Positions 56,115-64,000 of a stretch of DNA of 64,000 nt are shown one piece after another. A program made the translations under genes and the position numbers. This stretch comes from Candidatus Marinacidobacterales bacterium. Lineage in GTDB: Bacteria; Acidobacteriota; Vicinamibacteria; Marinacidobacterales; DATDRI01. Position 1 is the stretch's first letter. Every line of letters begins with the position of its first letter. Under the pieces are notes generated by a model that did not search any database, was not told where the DNA came from, and saw only the letters and a list, made by a program, of their open reading frames with translations. Location: the NCBI GenBank assembly GCA_965219415.1, contig CBDCNP010000002.1, forward strand, positions 5,629,530-5,693,529, given 5' to 3'.

Positions 56115-57548
56115 TCACTGCGTGCCCGGTGCTTTGTCGGATGCTGAGGGTGGTGGCTCGTTTGCCTCCGGACGAACTCCCCAACCCCAACGGGCAGCGT
56201 AGTCTCGAACCTGGTTGAGCAGGTCTGGAGGAAAACGGTCTGGAAAAGACACGGTAAGATCGTCGGCAAGCCGTTTAGCGAGCATCGCGCCCATCAGTAA
56301 CCCGTCAGCAAGCCCGACCGGACCGCACCATTTGAGGTTGTCCTCAGGGGTGTGGTGGCCACCGCCGCTGTGGCTCTGCCCGAACGATACGGCCGGCACC
56401 TCCAGCGCGGCAAAGTTCGTACTGTCGGTCCCCGACGGCCCAACGCTCCACGCCGCTTCCAGACCCGACTCTTCCATGACTTCTTCGACAAACTGTACCC
56501 ACTCGTTCGGCCCGGCTCCGCGCCAGCGAGGGGTTCCCAAGATGGAGCCTTGACCATCGAAGTTTAATACTGCGACGATCCGCTCGACGTCCTCAGGGTG
56601 AGCTCGCAGGTAGGCTTCGCTACCGTGGAGCCCGGTCTCGTGCCCTCCCCAGGCAACGAACCGAAGCGTTCTCTCTAGCGCTGAACCTTGGGAGAACGCA
56701 CGGGCCAACTCCATCACGATCGCGACTCCGCCACCGTCGTCGGCGGCGCCGGGGCTGGTGATCGCCGAATCATTGTGACCCCCGATAAGGACAATCTCCT
56801 CGGGCCTCGAACGTCCCCGAATATCACCAATCACGTTACGTGATTCACCCCAGGTCACCTCGGCCTCCACCGCCATTCCCACCCGGCGCGGCCCGCTCTT
56901 CAGTAGCCGCACCGCGTCCTGGTAGGTGATATCTACCGAAGGCGGAGTATCCTCTTCGAGGGACCGTTTGAAGTTGTAATAAGCCATAGGCATCCCACCG
57001 GGATGCCCGGCGCGCGAGTAGAAGATCATTCCCGCGATGTTGTGCGGTAACAGCCGCTCGGTGAGCCAGTAGTCGGGATAGTCGGCCGCGACGTCTCGTT
57101 TGATGAGAACGATCTTTCCGCTCAGGTCCTTTCCTTCGAGATGATGGGCGCTCGCGTTGCCTAGATCGACCAATTCTCCGGTGACCCCTTCCGGTGGCGT
57201 GGTGCCCCCAAACCCGATCGCTTTACTCGGTAAGTAGAGTGACTCCTCGCCCTCGGTCCACACTCGCGCCGACCGAGGGTGCCAAAGGGGTTGGCGAAAC
57301 GTCTCGATCCGTGCGTCGAGACCCCAGCCCTCGAATTGGTCAAGAATGTACTCGGCGGCGCGGGCCTCTTCCTCCGAACCGGCGGGGCGTTCTCCGATTG
57401 CACCGGCGAGGACCACCAGGTGATCAAACGCCTTTTCCGGCGAAATCGGCGGTAGCTCAGCTTTCTCCTGACCCGGCTCTCCCGCCGCCGCTAGAAAGAC
57501 CGCGAAAAGAATAGTGGTTGGAATGGAGAGTGACGCAAGGCGTATCAT
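56115..57548 (-). CDS. Secreted M28-family metallohydrolase with PA domain
   Basis: GHNDS, PGAADDGGG, WGGHETGLHGS, NFDG, HHTPED. Confidence 0.88.
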   Translation of the reverse strand: MIRLASLSIPTTILFAVFLAAAGEPGQEKAELPPISPEKAFDHLVVLAGAIGERPAGSEEEARAAEYILDQFEGWGLDARIETFRQPLWHPRSARVWTEGEESLYLPSKAIGFGGTTPPEGVTGELVDLGNASAHHLEGKDLSGKIVLIKRDVAADYPDYWLTERLLPHNIAGMIFYSRAGHPGGMPMAYYNFKRSLEEDTPPSVDITYQDAVRLLKSGPRRVGMAVEAEVTWGESRNVIGDIRGRSRPEEIVLIGGHNDSAITSPGAADDGGGVAIVMELARAFSQGSALERTLRFVAWGGHETGLHGSEAYLRAHPEDVERIVAVLNFDGQGSILGTPRWRGAGPNEWVQFVEEVMEESGLEAAWSVGPSGTDSTNFAALEVPAVSFGQSHSGGGHHTPEDNLKWCGPVGLADGLLMGAMLAKRLADDLTVSFPDRFPPDLLNQVRDYAARWGWGVRPEANEPPPSASDKAPGTQ

Positions 57549-57550
57549 AT

Positions 57551-57949
57551 TTAGTCTCCGACTGCGTCGACCTGGACCTCGACCAACCAGTCCGGATCGA
57601 CGAGCCTGCTGACTTCCACCAGGGTCGAGGCCGGCGGCTTCTCGCCAAAGGCCGCCTTGGCAATCGGCTTCTCGTACTTCATATATTCATCCATGTCCGT
57701 CGTGAACGTATAGATATGAATAACGTTGTCCCAGGTGAGGTCGACCGATTCCAAGGCTTTGCTGGCCATGTCGTAAACGAACTCGAGCTGGCGTTTCATG
57801 TCCCCCTTGCCAACGTTTTCCCGACCAAGCCCAACCGCCACCTGCCCCGAGATTCGATAAAATCGCTTCCCCTCGCACCGCACGATCTGCGCATAGAGAT
57901 TGTCGAAGGGCTCATGCAAAACTTCTGGATTAATCGTTTCGATTTTCAT
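57551..57949 (-). CDS. RidA/YjgF-family protein
   Basis: ISGQVA, PPASTLVEVSRLVDPDWLVEV. Confidence 0.9.
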   Translation of the reverse strand: MKIETINPEVLHEPFDNLYAQIVRCEGKRFYRISGQVAVGLGRENVGKGDMKRQLEFVYDMASKALESVDLTWDNVIHIYTFTTDMDEYMKYEKPIAKAAFGEKPPASTLVEVSRLVDPDWLVEVQVDAVGD

Positions 57950-58011
57950 TCATATCCACCCGGGAGCCGCCCACCTGGCCCTTGGACGGCTCCGCTTATA
58001 TGGCAGGGCAG

Positions 58012-60753
58012 CTAGAACTCGAGGCGAAGACCGATCTGCACGCGCCGCGGCCTGAAGATCGAACTGGGCACCAGGAAGTTCTCCGAATCCCCAACGCTAC
58101 TGATTACATCCAATGCGGCATCCTCATTGAAGAGATTGAAGAAGTCTCCTCGGACCGCGAACCTCGCATCGCTTCCCAGGTTAAACACCTTTTCCAGCCG
58201 AATGTCGAGGAGGGCCTGGGACGGCATGCGCAGGCCGCCACGCGGCGCCGTGAGTATGGACAGCGACGGTTGACTGACCTGTGTCAAAACGAGCGTGCGT
58301 GCAAACGGAATCCCCGTTTGCGCTGTGAGGTTGACTGCGGCTCGGATCCCGTAAGGAAATTCATATCCGCCGAACAGCTTGAATAGGTAGGTTCGGTCTC
58401 CCTGAAGTGGTCCTTCGTTGTTGACCAGCATGTTGGGATCGCGGAACTCGTCGGCGCCGGGCAGCGCGGTGTTCCCCTGCCGGGTACGGCTTGTGGCACC
58501 GAGCCCGTCGGAACGTGAGATGGTAAGCGAGGACGTCAAATACCAGTTGTCTGACGGGCGTTTCTTAACCTCCAGCACCACGCCGCGGTACTTCTGCTTG
58601 TATTCGTCGATATTCGTGACGACGTAGAGGTCCTCATCGATCGGATTGATCTGGTTGAACACCTGAATATCAGTATTGCCAACTTCGTCCCGGATTGTCT
58701 GGGGTTCGTAGACACCTGTATCGTTCCAAAAGGAGACGATGTTGCTGGTGCGCTTGTAGACGCCGGTCACCGACACCGCCAGGTTGGGCAAGATTTCCCG
58801 CTCGAACGCGACGGAAAAGGCATTCGCCCGAGGAGCGCGCAGATCGGGACTGATAGCTGTGTTCGACACGGGATCGACAACCTGGAAAATGATGTCGTAT
58901 TCTCCGGTGTCGGGGTTGAAACCATTAATGAATAGCGGCGCAATGGTCGGCGCCGAACCCTCCAGGTGGGAAACCTTCAGATTGTCCACGTAGCGGCCGT
59001 AACTCGCCTTGAGCGCCGTCTTGTGATCGGCTGTCAGCTGATAGACCAAACCCACTCTGGGAGAAAGGTTGGTCCACACCGCGGCTCGGTCGATACCCTC
59101 GATGAACCCGATCTCGTTCGCATCATCGTCGAGCTCTGGATTGCCAAGAACGTCGGCCACCTCGTGGTCCAAGCGCAGGCCGAGGTTGACGGAGAGTCGC
59201 TCGTTGGGGGACCAGGCGTCGTCTACGAACACGCCGGTTGACCGGTTCACTCCTCCGTAATGATGGGGCCTTTGGAAAAACGCTAAGTACTCTTCCCCGG
59301 CGAGGTCGTAATAGTAGCCGCCCCCGGTCAATGCTACTCGAGCGTTTGAGTAACCACGGTTGAATTGGGCACCGAACTTCAAATCGTGGGAGCCCATGAA
59401 ATCGTCGGCATAGTGACTGACGTCGCCCTTTACTTGTGTTCGACTGAGATCCCATTCGTACCAGAACACGGGAGCATTCGAGAAAATGCCCGTCACCGCG
59501 TCGAAGTGTACGGATTCGGTTAAATCGCCGTTGAGTGGTACCTGTTCGTCGTACATGTACCAGCCGGCGAACCCTGCGGTGAGGACCGTGTTCTTGGACA
59601 GGACGGAAGTCCACTGGACGCTCGGTGTCGGATAGTGGCGCTCGCGCTTGGAGAGCGTCTCTGGGGTCCGGTCCGGGGTCAGCGTGTCCGGGAAGTCATT
59701 GAACTCGTTATGAAACGAGAACCAAAGTTGGTTATTCTGGTTGATGGACCAGGTGATCTTGCCGAAAACGCGATCCGTTCTCAGAGCAGACGGAAAATCA
59801 GGATCTCCACCAAACTCGCTGAAAGAGTCCTTGAGGTATTGATAGGCCACGAAGAACCAAAGTTTGTCTTTAGAGATGGGTCCGCCGACGGTGCCGCTCA
59901 CGTCGTGGTAAATGTCCCTCGTGAAGCTTGTTCCCTCGCCGGCATTTTCGCCGGTGAGCCCGCCAGTTTGGAAAAAGTAGTCGACGTTACCACTGAATTC
60001 GTTCCCCCCCGATTTGCTGACCACGTTGACCGCAGCGCCCAGGTACCCTCCGAACTCCGCAGACGCACCCACTGACATCACCTGGATTTCTTGGAAGACC
60101 CCCGGGATGGGCTGGATACGCGCCCCCCCGGTGTCCACGTCGCTCGCGTCCACGCCATCGAACCTAAAGGTGTTCGTATAACGATCCGAGCCGAATGCAA
60201 TGATATTGCTCGCCCCCTGGATGCCAAAAGTCGCTCCCGACAACGGACTCTCGAGCGCAATACCCGGAGACGTGGCGAAGACGTCCAGCCAAGAGTTGCG
60301 GGAGAACGGGAGGTTCTCTATCTCCGTTTCTGTGTAGGCCCTGGACAGACTGGCCCTCGCGACGTCTATGAGGGGCGTTTCCCCGATGACGGTAACGGTT
60401 TCCGCGACATCCGCAAGGCCCATCGCCAGGTCCTGTGTCGCGGTTCCACTCATCGTCACGATAATCCCCTCTTGCCGGTAGCTCTTGAACCCGGTGAGAG
60501 ACGCGGTCAAAACGAAGGAACCGGGGGGAAGGCCGAGAAAGTGGTAGGCACCCCGTTCGTCTGTCGTGGCGGAACGTGCCCCGCCGATCATGGACGCGCT
60601 CGATACCTCGACCATAACACCCGGCAAGGGGAGCCCGGTCTGATCCCTTATGGTACCGGTGATGGCTCCCACGAGCGATTGTGCGTCGGCCGGTAAGCTC
60701 CCCCAGACGAGGAGGAACGTAGCGATCAGCAATGATAGCCACCTGGACGGCAT
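58012..60753 (-). CDS. Oar-type TonB-dependent receptor
   Basis: GTIRDQTGLPLPGV, SAEFG, KSGGNEFSG, GGPISKDKLWFF, PRRVQIGLRLEF. Confidence 0.92.
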   Translation of the reverse strand: MPSRWLSLLIATFLLVWGSLPADAQSLVGAITGTIRDQTGLPLPGVMVEVSSASMIGGARSATTDERGAYHFLGLPPGSFVLTASLTGFKSYRQEGIIVTMSGTATQDLAMGLADVAETVTVIGETPLIDVARASLSRAYTETEIENLPFSRNSWLDVFATSPGIALESPLSGATFGIQGASNIIAFGSDRYTNTFRFDGVDASDVDTGGARIQPIPGVFQEIQVMSVGASAEFGGYLGAAVNVVSKSGGNEFSGNVDYFFQTGGLTGENAGEGTSFTRDIYHDVSGTVGGPISKDKLWFFVAYQYLKDSFSEFGGDPDFPSALRTDRVFGKITWSINQNNQLWFSFHNEFNDFPDTLTPDRTPETLSKRERHYPTPSVQWTSVLSKNTVLTAGFAGWYMYDEQVPLNGDLTESVHFDAVTGIFSNAPVFWYEWDLSRTQVKGDVSHYADDFMGSHDLKFGAQFNRGYSNARVALTGGGYYYDLAGEEYLAFFQRPHHYGGVNRSTGVFVDDAWSPNERLSVNLGLRLDHEVADVLGNPELDDDANEIGFIEGIDRAAVWTNLSPRVGLVYQLTADHKTALKASYGRYVDNLKVSHLEGSAPTIAPLFINGFNPDTGEYDIIFQVVDPVSNTAISPDLRAPRANAFSVAFEREILPNLAVSVTGVYKRTSNIVSFWNDTGVYEPQTIRDEVGNTDIQVFNQINPIDEDLYVVTNIDEYKQKYRGVVLEVKKRPSDNWYLTSSLTISRSDGLGATSRTRQGNTALPGADEFRDPNMLVNNEGPLQGDRTYLFKLFGGYEFPYGIRAAVNLTAQTGIPFARTLVLTQVSQPSLSILTAPRGGLRMPSQALLDIRLEKVFNLGSDARFAVRGDFFNLFNEDAALDVISSVGDSENFLVPSSIFRPRRVQIGLRLEF

Positions 60754-61001
60754 CGGAAACCTCCCTAAGATTCAGTCTTTGAGATGTGTTCTATTAGGCA
60801 GAACGCCATTTGGCCATCGTTTATCACTCTTCGGTAAATTCTGTCAAGACCTTTCTTTTCGACGCTCGTCCAGACTCCTGTGTCCGCCCGCGACTCCGTA
60901 GTGACGCGAAACTATAAACCGTTTTGTGTTTTAGGTTAACGGATTAGGCCGGCGGTCTGGTTTGCGGAGTGGCCCCCGCGCCCCGAACACCCGGAGTTCC
61001 C

Positions 61002-61031
61002 TTGACATCCCCGCCTAAACAAAGGTATAGA
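61002..61031 (+). promoter_or_regulatory. Putative sigma70 promoter
   Basis: TTGACA-18 nt-TATAGA; a divergent TTGACA lies on the minus strand at 60842-60847. Confidence 0.5.
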
Positions 61032-61124
61032 CGCCACGACCGTTGTTATGCGGTGCATACCACAGATTCTCTTTTTTTGAGGTGCACCGACCGCTTTCGT
61101 GGTGTGCCGACGGGAGGTGTCGCA

Positions 61125-63893
61125 ATGAGGGCCCGCGCGAAGACCATCTGCCAAGATCGCGTATTGGTGGTGGCAGTCTTCCTTCTTACGCTTTGGCTAT
61201 GCTCCGTCGGCTTGAGAGCCTCCGAGGAGGCGACTCCCTCGGCCGAGCGAGCGTTTAGCTATTTGTTGCACCTCTCCGGTGAGATCGGAGAACGCTCGGC
61301 GGGGTCACCCGGTGAGGAACGAGCGGCGGAGTACATCCACCGATCGTTCACCGAGTGGGGATTGGATTCCCGGATTGAGTCTTTTCCGCTACCCAAGTGG
61401 GAACCCAAGTCGTCCCGCGTATGGAGCGAGGGCGAGGATCCGCTATACCTAGCGAGCATGACGATCGGGTTCAGCGGAACGACGGCTGCGGAAGGCGTTA
61501 GTGGCGAGTTCGTGGATGTTGGCGATGCCAGCCCACGCCACCTTGCCGGGAAGAATCTGGCGGGTAAGATCGTCCTTGTCAAGCGGGATGTCTATATCGA
61601 CTATCCCGACTACTGGCTCACCGAGCGACTCATCCCCCGCGGAGTGGCGGGGATGATCTTCTCCTCCCGCTCCGGACGACACGGCGGCCCGCCCATGACT
61701 TATTTCAACTATAAGCGCTCTCTAAAGGAAGACACGCCGCCCGCCGCGGTGATTACGTACGAGGATGCGGTGCGGCTGGTCAAAAGCCGTCCTAAGAGGG
61801 TCACCATCGTCGCCGAGGCCGAGGTGGCTGAAGGGACTTCCCGGAACGTCATTGGTGACATTCGAGGAGCTTCTCATCCCGACGAGCTGATCGTCATCAC
61901 CGCGCACAACGACACCTCGATCAACAGCCCGGGCGCTGCGGATGATGGTGGTGGGACAGCGTTGATCATGGAGCTGGCACGAGCCTTTTCCCGTTCGCCC
62001 CGGCCTGCCAGGACGCTTCGTTTCATTGGATGGGGCGGGCACGAGCTAGGTCTGATGGGCAGCGAAGCCTATCTTCGCGCGCACGCGGACGAAAACGTCG
62101 TGGCCATGATCAACTTTGACGGCGTCGGATCGACGCTCGGCACCTTGACTTGGTTCGGCGCGGGGCCTGACGAATGGATCGAGTTCCTACGTCGCGTCGG
62201 CGACGAATCGGGCCTCGAGCCGGATGGCGGTCTCGCCGCTCTCGGCTTCGACTCGGTGAATTTCGCAGCCTTGAAGGTGCCCGCGGTCAGTGTGGGGCTG
62301 TCTCATGGTGCAGGAGCGAGTCATACACCGGAAGACAACTTGAAATGGTCCGCGCCAGTCGGTTTCGAAGATCCGCTCCACTTCGCTACTCTGCTGATTG
62401 GTGGTTTGGCAAAGGACCCGACGGTCGCCTTCAAACAGGAGTTCCCTCCAGACTTGCTGCAAGATATTCGCGATTATGCTGCTCGGTGGGGTTGGGGCGT
62501 GCGTCCCGAGGCAAACGCGCCACCACCAGCCGATCTGAAGGATGAGCCACTAGCCCCCTTGACCGGGCTGCCGCCAGCCTCGCCGGAGAGGGCCTTCGAC
62601 TACCTCGTTCACCTGGTGGGAGCAATTGGCGAACGGCCGGTTGGCTCGGAGGGCGAAAAACGTGCAGCCGATTACATTCACGCGCAGTTTTCGGCGTGGG
62701 GCTTGGACTCGAAGATCGAAACCTTTCCGCTGCCAATATGGAAGCCCCGCTCGTCTCACGTTTGGACCAAAGGGGCGGAGCCTCTCTACTTCCCGAGCAT
62801 GGCCGCCGGCTATGGCGGGACCACCCCACCGGAAGGCATCACCGGCGAGCTCGTCGATATCGGCACCGCGAGCCCCCGTCACCTCGAGGGAAAGGACCTC
62901 GACGGAAAGATCGTCCTCGTCAAGCGGGACGTTTACATCGACTATCCCGACTATTGGCTCACCGAGCGCCTCATTCCTCGTGGAGTAGCGGGCATGATCT
63001 TCTTTTCTCGCTCCGGAAGGCACGGCGGTCCCCCCATGGTCTACTACAACTTCAAGAGATCCCTCAAAGAAGATACGCCACCGGCCGTCGTCGTGACCTA
63101 TGAAGATGCGGTCCACCTACTTAAGAGCGGGGTCGCGGAAGTCGGAATGGTGGTGGAGGCCGACGTCGCCGAAGGGGAATCGCGAAACATTATCGGAGAG
63201 ATCCGTGGCTCCTCCCATCCTGATGAGGTCATCCTAGTGGGCGCGCACAACGATACATCCATCAACACCCCGGGGGCGAACGACGACGGAGGCGGAGTCG
63301 CCATCGTTATGGAGTTGGCGAGGGCGTTCTCACGGCTTCCGCAGCCGGCGCGAACGCTCAGGTTCATTGGGTGGGGTGGGCACGAGCCGGGGCTGATGGG
63401 CAGCGAAGCCTACCTGCGAGCGCATCCCGAAGAGATCGACAAGGTCGTGGCGGTAGTCAACTTCGACGGCGGACTCGGAGCAACCCTCAGCACGCCAGCG
63501 TGGTCCGCGGCGGGACCCGAGGAGTGGATCCAATTCATCCGCAAGCTCGGCGATGACGTGGGCCTGGAGCCAGAGTGGCGCCGGGGCGGCGGTGGGAACG
63601 ACGCGACCAATTTCTCTGCGCTGGAGATCCCAGGCGTGAGCTTTGGGAACCGGCACAGCGTCGGCGCCAACCACTCCCCCGAGGACAATCTGAAATGGTG
63701 CTCGCCGGTTGGACTCGAGGACCCACTCCTGCTCGGTGGTCTCTTGGTGTCCCGGCTCGCCAACGATCCGTCGCTCTCCTTTTCCCAGCCCTTTCCAGCC
63801 GATCTACTGCAGAGTGTGAGGGATATTGCGGCTCGCTGGGGTTGGGGAATCAGGCCCGAAGCCAATGAGCCCCCACCGGGAACAGACCGATAA
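61125..63893 (+). CDS. Secreted protein made of two tandem PA-M28 hydrolase modules
   Basis: GGAGG RBS before the ATG at 61125; two full repeats, each with HND, DDGGG, WGGHE, NFDG and H.PED. Confidence 0.88.
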   Translation: MRARAKTICQDRVLVVAVFLLTLWLCSVGLRASEEATPSAERAFSYLLHLSGEIGERSAGSPGEERAAEYIHRSFTEWGLDSRIESFPLPKWEPKSSRVWSEGEDPLYLASMTIGFSGTTAAEGVSGEFVDVGDASPRHLAGKNLAGKIVLVKRDVYIDYPDYWLTERLIPRGVAGMIFSSRSGRHGGPPMTYFNYKRSLKEDTPPAAVITYEDAVRLVKSRPKRVTIVAEAEVAEGTSRNVIGDIRGASHPDELIVITAHNDTSINSPGAADDGGGTALIMELARAFSRSPRPARTLRFIGWGGHELGLMGSEAYLRAHADENVVAMINFDGVGSTLGTLTWFGAGPDEWIEFLRRVGDESGLEPDGGLAALGFDSVNFAALKVPAVSVGLSHGAGASHTPEDNLKWSAPVGFEDPLHFATLLIGGLAKDPTVAFKQEFPPDLLQDIRDYAARWGWGVRPEANAPPPADLKDEPLAPLTGLPPASPERAFDYLVHLVGAIGERPVGSEGEKRAADYIHAQFSAWGLDSKIETFPLPIWKPRSSHVWTKGAEPLYFPSMAAGYGGTTPPEGITGELVDIGTASPRHLEGKDLDGKIVLVKRDVYIDYPDYWLTERLIPRGVAGMIFFSRSGRHGGPPMVYYNFKRSLKEDTPPAVVVTYEDAVHLLKSGVAEVGMVVEADVAEGESRNIIGEIRGSSHPDEVILVGAHNDTSINTPGANDDGGGVAIVMELARAFSRLPQPARTLRFIGWGGHEPGLMGSEAYLRAHPEEIDKVVAVVNFDGGLGATLSTPAWSAAGPEEWIQFIRKLGDDVGLEPEWRRGGGGNDATNFSALEIPGVSFGNRHSVGANHSPEDNLKWCSPVGLEDPLLLGGLLVSRLANDPSLSFSQPFPADLLQSVRDIAARWGWGIRPEANEPPPGTDR

Positions 63894-64000
63894 CAGGACC
63901 ATCCCACAAAACACTAAGGTTCGAACGGAGAGTTATCAAGGGCGTTCCCAAAACGAAGACGATCCGATTTTGTCGATCTACCGGATGGTAAGACACCTTA

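Noticed and set aside
60969-61124. ORF-track N-terminal extension of the double M28 gene
   Set aside because: It overlaps the putative promoter; the RBS and signal peptide support the ATG at 61125.

Overview
GC-rich bacterial window, probably Acidobacteriota. This is inferred from an Oar-type TonB receptor, an rpoD fragment and a TolB-like kinase C-terminal fragment; a marine or host-associated lifestyle is plausible but unproven. Positions ~1-48.9 kb are a heavily rearranged mosaic. They hold intact and nested IS elements (IS1, IS3, IS256 and integrase-core types), five copies of a 166-bp IS1-derived MITE, many orphan IS termini, an inverted duplication of MMPL-ispH-squalene synthase, and more than a dozen fragments of unrelated cellular genes. 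Several islands survive inside the mosaic: a GMC oxidoreductase with a TAT partner, a GT-C glycosyltransferase sharing a C-terminal domain with that partner, a double-Cache-like/LOG/STAS/Tsx/RsbW signalling module, and a TonB receptor plus DddK/DddW-like cupin that share a phased ~95-bp regulatory element. Positions ~49-64 kb are an intact catabolic cluster: TonB receptor, RidA, three atypical M28 hydrolase modules, IclR, NCS1 permease, agmatinase and a dimethylformamidase-like enzyme. No rRNA, tRNA or CRISPR array was seen. All alignments were made by eye.
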